Below are positions 40,962-50,692 of a stretch of 64,000 bases of DNA, piece after piece. Source of the stretch: an uncultured Candidatus Rokubacteria bacterium (lineage in GTDB: Bacteria; Methylomirabilota; Methylomirabilia; Rokubacteriales; DASRDR01); contig CAVPSB010000015.1 in assembly GCA_963708025.1 (NCBI GenBank), positions 256,001-320,000 on the forward strand, written 5' to 3'. Position numbers and translations under genes: made by a program. Within the stretch, counting starts at the first letter, position 1. Every line of letters starts with the position of its first letter. The notes under the pieces are model-generated. The model saw only the letters and a list, made by a program, of their open reading frames with translations, was not told the origin of the DNA and did not search any database.

Positions 40962-42572
40962 ATGAATCGAAGCCGCATCGTCGCGGTCGCCGGCGCCGTG
41001 CTGGCCGTGGCGCTCGTGCTCCCCTCCGACCCGGCCACCGGGCAGGCCCCCAAGTCGGGCGGCTTGCTGAACGTCATGCAGCGCGAAGACCCGCCGCAGG
41101 GGTTCTCGATCCACGAGACGTTGACGATCTCCTCGGTGTGGCCGGCGATGCCGTGCTTCAACAACCTCGTGCTCTTCGACCCGCTGAAGAAGCAGGAGAG
41201 CATGGACACGGTCGTCGGCGACCTGGCCGAGAAGTGGGCCTGGCAGGACGGCGGCCGGAACCTCGTCTTCTTCCTTCGCAAGGGCGTGAAGTGGCACGAC
41301 GGCCAGCCCTTCACCTCCAAGGACGTGAAGTTCACCTTCGACGTGCTCCGGGAGACCCCGGACGCCCAGGGCAAGCTGCGGCTCAACCCGCGGAAGGACT
41401 GGTACGCCACCGTGGAGGCCGTCGAGGCCCCCGACCCGCACACCGTGGTGTTCCGCCTCAAGCGGCCGCAGCCCTCGCTCCTCCTGATGCTCGCCTCCGG
41501 CTACACCCCGATCTACGCGGCCCACGTGCCGCCCGCCGCCTACCGGACCGGCTGCGTCGGGACCGGTCCGTTCAAGCTCAAGGAGTGGCGGCAGGGCGAG
41601 TACATCGACTTCGTGAAGAACCCGGACTACTTCGTCAAGGGTCGCCCGTACCTCGACGGCCTCCGCTACGTGCCGATCCCGGAGCGGGGGACGAAGTTCG
41701 CCGCGCTCCAGGCCGGGCGCCTGGACGTCGCGTTCCCGGGGGACGCGACCAAGACGATCGCCGAGCAGGTCACCAAGGCCGAGCCCCGGATCAAGGTGAC
41801 GATCGCCGCCCAGAACGTCAACGACAACATGCTGCTGAACGCCACCAAGCCGCCATTCAACGACGTCAAGGTCCGGCGGGCCATCAGCCTGGCCATCGAT
41901 CGGCGGGCGGCCGTCCAGGCCGTGCACCAGGGCGGCGCGATCGTCGGGGCCTCGATGGCGCCCAAGCCGCACGGCGTGTGGGGGCTCCTCGACCGTGACC
42001 TGGCCCGCCTCCCCGGCTACGGCAAGCCGGCCGACGAGAAGGCGCAGGCCCGGAAGCTCCTGGCCGAGGCGGGCCACGGCCCCCAGAACCCGCTGCGGCT
42101 GGAGTTGGCCACCCGGAACATCCCCATCTACATCGACTTCGCGTCGTTCGTGATCAACGAGCTGAAGCAGATCGGGGTGGAGGCCACGCTCAAGCAGATC
42201 GAGACCGCCCAGTGGCATCCGCTGGCCACCCGCAAGGAGTACCAGGCGGCGCCCAACCTGACTGGCATCGGGGCCGACGACCCCGACGCCAACTTCTACG
42301 AGAACTACGCCTGCGGGTCCCCGCGCAACTACACCGGGTACTGCGACGAGCAGGTCATGAAGCTGATCGACCAGCAGTCGGCCGAGCAGGATGCGAAGAA
42401 GCGCCTGGAGCTGGTCGCCCAGATCCAGACGAAGCTGGAGGAGGACGCGGCGCGGCCCACGATCGACTGGCGACTCGACTACTACCTCCAGTGGGAGCAC
42501 GTGAAGAACCTGGTCCCGCACCAGTCGATCTACAACTGGGGCCGCATGCAGGAGGTCTGGCTGGACAAGTAG
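40962..42572 (+). CDS. Family-5 ABC substrate-binding protein
   Basis: LRKGVKWHDG, GTGPFK, GRPYLDG, ends VWLDK. Confidence 0.92.
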   Translation: MNRSRIVAVAGAVLAVALVLPSDPATGQAPKSGGLLNVMQREDPPQGFSIHETLTISSVWPAMPCFNNLVLFDPLKKQESMDTVVGDLAEKWAWQDGGRNLVFFLRKGVKWHDGQPFTSKDVKFTFDVLRETPDAQGKLRLNPRKDWYATVEAVEAPDPHTVVFRLKRPQPSLLLMLASGYTPIYAAHVPPAAYRTGCVGTGPFKLKEWRQGEYIDFVKNPDYFVKGRPYLDGLRYVPIPERGTKFAALQAGRLDVAFPGDATKTIAEQVTKAEPRIKVTIAAQNVNDNMLLNATKPPFNDVKVRRAISLAIDRRAAVQAVHQGGAIVGASMAPKPHGVWGLLDRDLARLPGYGKPADEKAQARKLLAEAGHGPQNPLRLELATRNIPIYIDFASFVINELKQIGVEATLKQIETAQWHPLATRKEYQAAPNLTGIGADDPDANFYENYACGSPRNYTGYCDEQVMKLIDQQSAEQDAKKRLELVAQIQTKLEEDAARPTIDWRLDYYLQWEHVKNLVPHQSIYNWGRMQEVWLDK

Positions 42573-42635
42573 GGTCGACGGCCGCGCGGCCAGGGCGCCG
42601 CGCCCTCGCCCTGCCGTCCCCGGGGGGGTTCCACC

Positions 42636-43589
42636 ACGCGCACCTACCTCGCCCGTCGCCTCGGCATCGCCGTCGTGACGCTCTTCGGCATGTCGGTGGT
42701 GATCTTCCTCCTGCTCCGGGTGGCGCCGGGCAACATCGTCGACATCCTCTTCTCGGCCGGTGGCTACGTCAGCGAATCCGACAAGGCGCAGATCATGAAG
42801 GAGCTGGGGATCGATCGGCCGCTGTGGGCCCAGTACACCGAGTGGATCCGCCAGCTGGCGAGCGGGCACCTCGGCAAGTCGTATCGCTACGACATCCCGG
42901 CCTGGCAGATCATCCGCCCGCTCATCCCGGTGACCGTGGAGCTGGCCGTCCTGTCCACCATCATCGCGGTCCTCCTCGGCGTGCCGACGGGGGTGGTGAG
43001 CGCGGTCCGCCAGGACGGCGCGCTCGACTACGCGATCCGGATCTTCTCGCTGGCGGGGCTGTCCATGCCGTCGTTCTGGCTCGGGATGGTGATCATCCTG
43101 GCCCTGGTGGCCTGGCTCGGGTGGATCCCGCCGATGACCTACATCGGGCCGACCGAGAACTTCAAGATCCACCTCGTCCAGTTCCTGCTCCCCGCCCTGG
43201 CCGTCGGCTACCGCTCGTCGGCGCTCATCACGCGCATCACGCGCTCGGCGCTCCTGGAGGTGCTCCGCGAGGACTACGTCCGGACCGCCTACGCGAAGGG
43301 CCAGCGCGGGCGGGTGGTGATCTGGCACCACGCGCTGAAGAACGCGATGCTGCCCGTCATCACCGTGATCGGGATCGAGTTCGCGTTCCTGATCGGTGGT
43401 CTCGTCGTCACCGAGACCGTCTTCAACCTGCCCGGCGTCGCCCGATTCCTGGTGCAGGCGATCCTCTGGCGGGACTACCCGGTCGTGCAGAGCCTGGTCA
43501 TGTTCATCGCGGTCGTCGTGATCCTGTCGAATCTGGCGGTCAACATGCTGTACGGGGTTCTGGACCCGCGCGTCCGTTATGGCGGTTAG
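42636..43589 (+). CDS. ABC permease, DppB-like (expected start codon reads ACG)
   Basis: (M)RTYLARRL, APGNIVD, EDYVRTAYAKG, RDYPVVQ, LDPRV. Confidence 0.88.
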   Translation, partial: TRTYLARRLGIAVVTLFGMSVVIFLLLRVAPGNIVDILFSAGGYVSESDKAQIMKELGIDRPLWAQYTEWIRQLASGHLGKSYRYDIPAWQIIRPLIPVTVELAVLSTIIAVLLGVPTGVVSAVRQDGALDYAIRIFSLAGLSMPSFWLGMVIILALVAWLGWIPPMTYIGPTENFKIHLVQFLLPALAVGYRSSALITRITRSALLEVLREDYVRTAYAKGQRGRVVIWHHALKNAMLPVITVIGIEFAFLIGGLVVTETVFNLPGVARFLVQAILWRDYPVVQSLVMFIAVVVILSNLAVNMLYGVLDPRVRYGG

Positions 43590-44481
43590 GCCGATCGACC
43601 GCGGTCTCGACCTGGCGCTGCCGGCCCGGCCCCGGTCCCGCTGGGCGAGCGGGCTCGCGCGCTTCTGCCGGAAGAAGCCGCTGGGCGCGGCCGGTGGATT
43701 CCTCATGGCGGCGATGCTGCTGACCGCCCTCTTCGCCGGCGTGCTCGCCACCCACGATCCGATCGCCACCGATGCTGCCCACACGCTGGCTCGCCCCGGC
43801 CCCGCGCACTGGCTCGGCTCCGACCATCTCGGCCGCGACATCTACTCCCGGATCGTCCACGGCGCCCGGGTCTCGCTCATCGTCGGCCTGGCCTCCATGG
43901 TGCTGGGTTCCGTGGCCGGTGGGATCATCGGGCTCCTCTCCGGCTACGCCGGCGGGACCGTCGATCTCGTGATCCAGCGCGTCCTGGACATCCTGCAGGG
44001 ATTGCCGCTGCTGGTGCTGGCCCTCGTCATGTCGGCGGCGCTGGGGCCGTCCATCCACAACGTCGTCCTGGCGATCTCGATTCCGATCATCCCGCGCGCG
44101 GCGCGGGTCGTCCGCGCCAGCGTGCTCACGATCCGGGAGATGCAGTACATCGAGGCGGCCCGGGGACTCGGCCTCCGCCATCTGCGGATCGCGTTCCGCC
44201 ACGTCATGCCCAACACCGTCGGTCCATTCATCGTCCTGTGCACGGCCCAGCTCGGCAGCGCGATCCTGGTCGAGGCGGCGCTGTCCTTCCTGGGCCTCGG
44301 GGTGCCCGAGCCCTACCCGTCGTGGGGTCGCATGCTCTCGGTGTCGGCGGCGGAGTACGCGCAGAAGGCCCCGCACCTGGTGCTCTTCCCGGGCGCCGCC
44401 ATCAGCCTGGCCGTCTTCGGCTCCAATCTCCTGGGGGACGCGCTGCGGGACAGCCTGGATCCACGGCTCCGCGGCGCATGA
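43579..44481 (+). CDS. ABC permease, DppC-like
   Basis: HWLGSDHLGRD, LGDALRDSLDPR. Confidence 0.92.
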   Translation: MAVRPIDRGLDLALPARPRSRWASGLARFCRKKPLGAAGGFLMAAMLLTALFAGVLATHDPIATDAAHTLARPGPAHWLGSDHLGRDIYSRIVHGARVSLIVGLASMVLGSVAGGIIGLLSGYAGGTVDLVIQRVLDILQGLPLLVLALVMSAALGPSIHNVVLAISIPIIPRAARVVRASVLTIREMQYIEAARGLGLRHLRIAFRHVMPNTVGPFIVLCTAQLGSAILVEAALSFLGLGVPEPYPSWGRMLSVSAAEYAQKAPHLVLFPGAAISLAVFGSNLLGDALRDSLDPRLRGA

Positions 44482-44518
44482 GGACGAAATGCGAGAATCG
44501 GCTGCGGGCGTGACGACC

Positions 44519-44983
44519 ATGCCGGATGCTCCACCCTCGGTCCGGGATCTGCCGGTGCCTCAACGGGTGGCGATCGCGACGCTGTTCCAGGAGATCCTGG
44601 CCACCCAAAGTGAGCTCGCCCACCTGTACGGCCGCTTCGCCGAGCGGACGCCGATCGCCCCCCTGCGAGCCGCGCTGGAGGAGCTGACCCGGGAGAAGGA
44701 AGCCCAGGTGACCGCGCTGGCGCGTCTGGCGCCGGTGCTGGCCGAAGACGGGGCCGAGGCGCCGGTCGAGCCGTCCCGGCCGGGTCCGCGGGACGCCGGC
44801 GTCGCGCAGCGCTCCGACCTGTTCACCCGGGCCTTCCAGGCCGAGCGGACCCTGGAGGGGGGGTACCGGGAGCTGCTGGTGCTCCTGGGCAGCCAGGCCG
44901 TCCGTTCGGAGGTGGCCGGGCTGTTCCAGGCCTCCGCCCGGCACCGCAACCTCCTCCGGACGCTCTACCTCTGGTACTCCTAG
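44519..44983 (+). CDS. Hypothetical helical protein, possibly ferritin-like fold
   Basis: Two helix-pair halves (LAHLYGRFAE...EELTREK; AFQAERTLEGGY...ASARHRNLL). Confidence 0.55.
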   Translation: MPDAPPSVRDLPVPQRVAIATLFQEILATQSELAHLYGRFAERTPIAPLRAALEELTREKEAQVTALARLAPVLAEDGAEAPVEPSRPGPRDAGVAQRSDLFTRAFQAERTLEGGYRELLVLLGSQAVRSEVAGLFQASARHRNLLRTLYLWYS

Positions 44984-45091
44984 CCCGCTTTTCCGCCGGC
45001 CCCAGCTGAGGTACTGCCGGTCCCGTAGCCCACCACCGGTTGTTTTCCTGCCAATCCCCGTTTTTTTCTTTTTCGAACGCCATTTTTCCCC

Positions 45092-45166
45092 TTGACACGG
45101 CCTTTCCGACCTTTGTAGCATGGGCCCCACAAAGTGGGATGAAGTGGGATGAACTGGCAGGGTGGC
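45092..45166 (+). promoter_or_regulatory. dcw promoter (TTGACA-N18-TAGCAT) with MraZ-type direct repeats
   Basis: aaGTGGGatgaaGTGGGatgaaCTGGc with 10-bp period, upstream of mraZ. Confidence 0.75.
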
Positions 45167-45233
45167 CCATGGCCGAGCCATCCGAGCCCTGCCGCAGGCG
45201 GTGGGTGGGAGACGCGGGGGAGGGGGACAGGGC

Positions 45234-45674
45234 GTGTTCCGGGGGCGGTATCAGCACACGATCGACCCCAAGGGGCGGCTCAGCATCCCGGCCAAGTTCC
45301 GGGAGGAGCTGAGCGAGCGCGCCGTCGACACGCTCGTGCTGACGGAGGGTGACCACTGCATCGTGGCGTATCCCATGGACGAGTGGGAGCGGTTCGAGGA
45401 GCGGCTGCGACAGCAGCCCCAGCAGTCGCGCGAGATGCGCGATTTCCTCCGCGTGTCCGTGGGGAGCGCGAAGGATTGCCCCGTGGACAAGGCGGGGCGC
45501 ACGCTCGTCCCGCTGGAGCTGCGCGAATTCGCGGGACTCCACAAGGACGTGATCATCGCCGGCGCGCTCAACAAGTTCGAGATCTGGAACCGTGACCGGT
45601 GGAACGATCACTATCAGCGGGCGCGCGTCAGCTACGACGACAACGCGAAGAAGCTGAGCGAGCACGGGCTGTGA
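45234..45674 (+). CDS. mraZ: Transcriptional regulator MraZ
   Basis: FRGRYQHTIDPKGRLSIP, DKAGR, FEIW. Confidence 0.95.
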   Translation: MFRGRYQHTIDPKGRLSIPAKFREELSERAVDTLVLTEGDHCIVAYPMDEWERFEERLRQQPQQSREMRDFLRVSVGSAKDCPVDKAGRTLVPLELREFAGLHKDVIIAGALNKFEIWNRDRWNDHYQRARVSYDDNAKKLSEHGL

Positions 45675-46594
45675 ACGCGATCCCGAGCGCGAATGCCAAC
45701 ACGCTGGCCGAGCTGCATCGGCCCGTGCTCCGCGACGAGGTCGTGGGCTGGCTCGGATCGGTGCCGCCCGGTGGCTGGATCGTGGACGGCACGGTGGGCC
45801 TGGCCGGTCACGCGATCGCGCTCCTGGAGCGGGCGGCCGAGGCGCGGCTCCTCGGGCTGGACCGCGACGGAGAGACGCTCGACCTGGCCGCGCGCCGGCT
45901 CGCCCGCTTCGGCGCGCGAGTGGTCCTCCGCCGCGCCGACTTCCGCCACCTGGCGGAGGAGGCGGCGGCGTGTGGCGTCGAGGCGGCGCACGCGGTCCTC
46001 CTCGACCTCGGGCTGTCCTCCTATCAGCTCATGCGGGCGGGCCGCGGCTTCTCCTTCCAGGTCGACGAGCCGCTCGACATGCGGTTCGACGACCGGCAGC
46101 GGCTCACGGCGGCCGACCTCCTCCGCACGACGCCAGAGCCCGAGCTCGCCCAGCTGCTCGCGACCTACGGCGAGGAGCCGGCGGCCCGGCGCATCGCGCG
46201 GCGGCTCGTCTCCGCCCGCTCGCGGGCGCCGATCACGACCACGGGGGCGCTGGCCGAGCTGGTCGCGGCGGCGATCCCCCCGCACCGGCGGCCTCGCCGG
46301 ATCCATCCCGCCACCCGGACGTTCCAGGCGCTCCGGATCGCCGTCAACGACGAGCTGGGCAGCCTGGAGGCGGCCCTGCCGCAGGGCGCCGGACTCCTGG
46401 CGCCCCGCGGCCGCCTCGCCGTGATCGCCTTTCACTCACTGGAAGATCGCCTCGTCAAGCGCGCGTTCCGACGCCTGGCCGCCGAGCCGGGGTTCCAGGT
46501 GGCCACGCCGAAGCCGATCGGGCCGAGCGAGGACGAGATGCGCGACAACCCCCGCGCCCGGAGTGCCAAGCTACGGGTGCTGGAACGAAGCTGA
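45671..46594 (+). CDS. rsmH: 16S rRNA m4C1402 methyltransferase
   Basis: HRPVL, DGTVGLAGH, DLGLSSYQ, HSLEDR, NPRARSAKLR. Confidence 0.95.
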   Translation: MNAIPSANANTLAELHRPVLRDEVVGWLGSVPPGGWIVDGTVGLAGHAIALLERAAEARLLGLDRDGETLDLAARRLARFGARVVLRRADFRHLAEEAAACGVEAAHAVLLDLGLSSYQLMRAGRGFSFQVDEPLDMRFDDRQRLTAADLLRTTPEPELAQLLATYGEEPAARRIARRLVSARSRAPITTTGALAELVAAAIPPHRRPRRIHPATRTFQALRIAVNDELGSLEAALPQGAGLLAPRGRLAVIAFHSLEDRLVKRAFRRLAAEPGFQVATPKPIGPSEDEMRDNPRARSAKLRVLERS

Positions 46595-46676
46595 GGAGAG
46601 CCATGACAGGCCCGGGAAACTCGACGGCCGACAGTTCCGGGCCCGCCGGGTTTACGAGCGGGAGCTGAGGAGAGCA

Positions 46677-47096
46677 ATGACAGGGCTCATGCACGACCAG
46701 ACCTCATCCGTGATCCGGGAGCGCGATCACCGGCGCTTGCGCGCGATGGCGGGCGTGCTCTGTCTCGGCGGCCTCCTCGTGGGCGGCGTGCTCGGGTACG
46801 TGTGGCTGCACGTGCAGCGGGTCCGGGTCTCCTACGAGCTGGAGGACCTCCGATCGCTGCGGGCCGAGGTGGAGGAGCAGAACAAGAAACTCCGTCTCGA
46901 GTTGTCCTCGCTCCGCTCGTTCGCGCGGGTGGATTCGGCGGCCCGCCGGCTCGGCCTCACCGAGCCGGCGCGCGACCAGGTGCGGCTGGCCCGCGAGTTC
47001 GTGACGCCGGAGAAGTCCGATCCGCTGGCGGCGGTCGACGCTTTCCACACGGCGGCCAGGGACGCGGGCATCCTTCCGCTCCCGATGCGCCCCTGA
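46677..47096 (+). CDS. ftsL: Cell division protein FtsL
   Basis: Single TM helix, coiled coil, ARRLGL; located between rsmH and ftsI. Confidence 0.8.
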   Translation: MTGLMHDQTSSVIRERDHRRLRAMAGVLCLGGLLVGGVLGYVWLHVQRVRVSYELEDLRSLRAEVEEQNKKLRLELSSLRSFARVDSAARRLGLTEPARDQVRLAREFVTPEKSDPLAAVDAFHTAARDAGILPLPMRP

Positions 47097-47115
47097 CCGA
47101 CATGACCAGGGTGGT

Positions 47116-49112
47116 ATGAGGGAGACTTCGCGACTTCGGACTCGCGCGCTCATCCTCACCGGCGTCCTCGTCGCCGTCCACGTCGCGGTCGTCATCCGCC
47201 TCGGCCACCTCCAGCTCCTGCGCAAGGACGAGCTGTCCCGCTTCGCCGAGCGCCAGTACTCGAAGGCGATCCCGCTCAAGCCCCGGCGCGGCCCCATCGT
47301 CGACCGCAACGGCCAGGTCCTCGCCATCTCCGGCGAGGTCGAGTCCGTGTTCGCCGACCCGCGCCGGATCCCCGATCGCGCCGCGCTGGCCGCTCGCCTG
47401 GCGCCCGTGGCTCGGGGAGCGGCCCCGGGAGATCGAGGAGCGCCTGGCCAGCGACCGCCCGTTCGTCTGGCTGAAGCGCAAGCTCCCGCCGTCGGCCGTC
47501 CAGCCGATCCGGGCCCTCGGCCTGCCCGGCATCGGGCTGCTTCCCGAGTCGCTCCGCTTCTACCCGAACCGCGAGCTGGCCGCCCACGTCCTCGGCTTCG
47601 AGGGCGTGGACGACCGGGGACTGGAAGGCGTCGAGCTGGCCTACGACCGGCTGCTCGCCGGGAGACGCCGGGCTGGCCCTCGTCGAGCGGGACGCTCTCG
47701 GACGCGACGTGAGCGCGGAGCCGCGGATCCTGAAGGCCCCCAGCCCCGGCCAGGGCCTCGTCCTCACCCTGGACGCGGCCATCCAGTACATCACCGAGCG
47801 CGAGCTGGACGCGGTGTGGCGCCAGACCGGCGCGCGGGCCGGCATGATCCTGGCCATGGACCCCCGCACCGGGGAGATCCTCGCCATGGCCATCCGCCCG
47901 ACGTTCAATCCCAACGCCTACCAGGCCGCCACCTCCGAGCAGTGGCGGAACCGCGCCATCACCGACCCGTTCGAGCCGGGCTCCACCTTCAAGGCGATCC
48001 TCGCCGCGGCCGCGCTCGAGGAGGGGGTGGCCCGGCCCGACGACCGGTTCTACGGCGAGCAGGGCGTCATCACCATCGCCAACCGGGCCATCCACGACTG
48101 GAAGCGCTACGGCTGGCTCTCGTTCCGGGAGGTGCTCCAGTTCTCGTCGAACGTGGGGGCGATCAAGGTCGGCCTCACGCTCGGCCGGGACCGCTACTAC
48201 AAGCACATCCAGGCCTTCGGCTTCGGGAGCCCGACCGGCCTCGGCCTCCCGGGTGAGAGCCGGGGCCAGCTGCGGCCCCCCCAGCGGTGGTCCGGGCTCT
48301 CGCTGGCCTCCATGTCGATCGGCCAGGAGATCTCGGTCACCGCGCTCCAGATCCTGGCCGCCTTCGCCGCCATCGCCAACGACGGCCGGCTCATGCAGCC
48401 CCAGATCGTCCGGGCGGTCCTGGACGCGAACGGACACGAGGTGCGGCGGTTTCCGCCGCAGCCGGTGCGCCAGGTGGTCTCCCCGGAGACCGCCGCGACG
48501 CTCCGGGCGATCCTGACGGCGGTGGTGGCCCAGGGGACGGGGCGCCGGGCGGCGATTCCCGGCTACGCGGTGGCCGGCAAGACCGGCACCGCCCAGAAGC
48601 TCGACCCGGTCGCGCGCGTCTATTCACGCAAGCCCGGCGTGCTCTCGTTCGTGGGCTTCGTGCCCGCCGAGGATCCCCGCCTGGCCATGCTGATCATGCT
48701 CGACGAGCCCAAGACGGTGGCCTGGGGATCCGAGGCGGCGGCGCCCGTGTTCGCGGCGGTGGCGGCGCCGATCCTGCGCCATCTCGGGATCTCGCCCTCC
48801 GACCTGCCCTCGGTCCAGCTCCTGCGGACGAGCCTCGGCGCGGCCGCTCCGGACGCCGGGGCAGCCGGCGGCCCGGCGCTCGGGGAGCCGGAGGCCGGCG
48901 GGGTGATGCCCGATCTCATCGGCCGGAGCCTCCGGCAGGCCCTCGTTCTCCTGGCCGGGGACGATATCGAGCTGACGGTGGTCGGGCGAGGGTTGGTGGT
49001 CCGTCAGACGCCCGCCCCCGGGACGCCGCTCGGTCCGGGCACCGCCTGCCGGCTGGAGCTGTCGCCGCCGGGCACCGGCCCCGGCCCGGCCGCGAAGGGA
49101 TCGGCGCTGTGA
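47116..49112 (+). CDS. ftsI: Class B penicillin-binding protein with PASTA domain (frameshifts near 47415 and 47670)
   Basis: RGPIVDRNG, EPGSTFK, SSN, KTG. Confidence 0.9.
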
Positions 49113-50692
49113 GCTCCGCCGGCGGCCGCACGGTTCAGCTGGCCGATCTGTTGCGCGTCCTGCCCGAGCGAACGCTGGCCGGCCCGCTGCCGGCCGAGGT
49201 GCGCGGCATGACCGACGACTCCCGGCGCGTGGAGGCGGGAGGCTGCTTCGTCGCGGTTCGCGGCCTCCGCGTCGACGGCCGTGGCTTCATCCCGCAGGCC
49301 GTGGAGCGAGGCGCCTGCGCGATCGTGGCCGAGCCCCCCGATCCGCTTCCCGGCCGGGCGGTCGGGCGCATTCTCGTCCCCGACAGCCGGTGGGCGCTTC
49401 CCCGGCTGGCCGACGCCTACTTCGGCCATCCTTCCCGGGCGCTCGTCGTCGTCGGCGTGACCGGGACGAACGGGAAGACCACGACCTCGTATCTCGTCGA
49501 GGCGCTTCTGCGGGCGCGCGGGCTCGAGACCGGGGTGATCGGCACCATCCAGTACGCCGGTGGCGGCGTGGCCCGGGAGGCGAGTCAGACGACCCCGGAG
49601 GCCCTCGAGCTGCAGGGCCTGCTGGCCGAGATGGTGGCCGCCGGCGTGGGCGGCGTGGCGATGGAGGTCTCCTCGCATGCCCTCGAGCAGCGGCGGGTTG
49701 ACGGGATCGCGTACGACGTCGCGATCTTCACCAACCTGACGCAGGACCACCTGGACTTTCACGGGACGATGGAGCGCTACGCCCAGGCCAAGGCGCGCCT
49801 GTTCTTCGAGCTGCTCCGGGACGGCGGCAAGCCCCGGGCCACCGCGGTGCTGAACGCCGACGACCCCGTCGGCGCGGAGTGGGCGCAGCGCCTGGCGGCC
49901 GAGGGGCGAGCGCGCGTGCTGACCTTCGGGCTTGGCGGGCTTGGCGGGCTTGGCGGGCTCGGCCGCCTCGGGTCCGAACCCACCGTGCGCCCGCGCGCCT
50001 GGGAGTCGGCCCTTGACGGGATCCGGCTCGAGGCCGCGACGCCGGCCGGCGTCGTCACCCTGCGCTCCCCGCTGATCGGCGAGCACAACGTCCTGAACCT
50101 GCTGGGGGCGGTGGCGACCGGGGTGGCGCTCGGGCTCGGCCCCGCCACGATCGCGCGGGCGCTCGGCGCGGTGGCGGCGGTGCCCGGCCGCTTCGAGCGG
50201 GTGAACGCGGGCCAGGACTTCCTGGTCGTGGTCGACTACGCCCACACGCCGGACGCGCTCACCCGGGTGCTGGAGACGGCGCGCCGGCTCACGCCGGGTC
50301 GCCTGGGCGTGGTGTTTGGCGCCGGTGGCGACCGGGACCGTGGGAAGCGGCCGATCATGGGCCGCATCGCCGCCGAGTTGGCCGACCGCGTGTGGCTGAC
50401 GTCCGACAACCCCCGGTCCGAGGACCCCCGCGCGATCCTCGAGGAGATCTCCGTAGGAGTGGTGCCCCTTCTCCCCGGCGGCTATACTAGTCATCCCGAT
50501 CGACGAGAGGCGATTCGCGACGCGCTGGGCTGGGCCCGGGCGGGCGATACGCTCGTCATCGCGGGGAAGGGCCACGAGACGTACCAGATCATCGGGGCGC
50601 AGGTTCTCCCCTTCGACGACCGCCAGGTAGTCCGCGACATCCTCGCCGGCCGCCCCCAGGCGTCACGACCACACGAAGGATCACGGGGGTGA
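49109..50692 (+). CDS. murE: UDP-MurNAc-tripeptide synthetase (meso-DAP type)
   Basis: GTNGKTT, MEVSSH, DYAHTPD, DNPR, GKGHE. Confidence 0.95.
   Translation: MSSAGGRTVQLADLLRVLPERTLAGPLPAEVRGMTDDSRRVEAGGCFVAVRGLRVDGRGFIPQAVERGACAIVAEPPDPLPGRAVGRILVPDSRWALPRLADAYFGHPSRALVVVGVTGTNGKTTTSYLVEALLRARGLETGVIGTIQYAGGGVAREASQTTPEALELQGLLAEMVAAGVGGVAMEVSSHALEQRRVDGIAYDVAIFTNLTQDHLDFHGTMERYAQAKARLFFELLRDGGKPRATAVLNADDPVGAEWAQRLAAEGRARVLTFGLGGLGGLGGLGRLGSEPTVRPRAWESALDGIRLEAATPAGVVTLRSPLIGEHNVLNLLGAVATGVALGLGPATIARALGAVAAVPGRFERVNAGQDFLVVVDYAHTPDALTRVLETARRLTPGRLGVVFGAGGDRDRGKRPIMGRIAAELADRVWLTSDNPRSEDPRAILEEISVGVVPLLPGGYTSHPDRREAIRDALGWARAGDTLVIAGKGHETYQIIGAQVLPFDDRQVVRDILAGRPQASRPHEGSRG

Noticed and set aside
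11692-49112. Mass pseudogenisation or programmed frameshifting
   Set aside because: Single-base indels also hit essential ftsI and often sit in GC runs; sequencing error is more parsimonious. Read polishing is needed.
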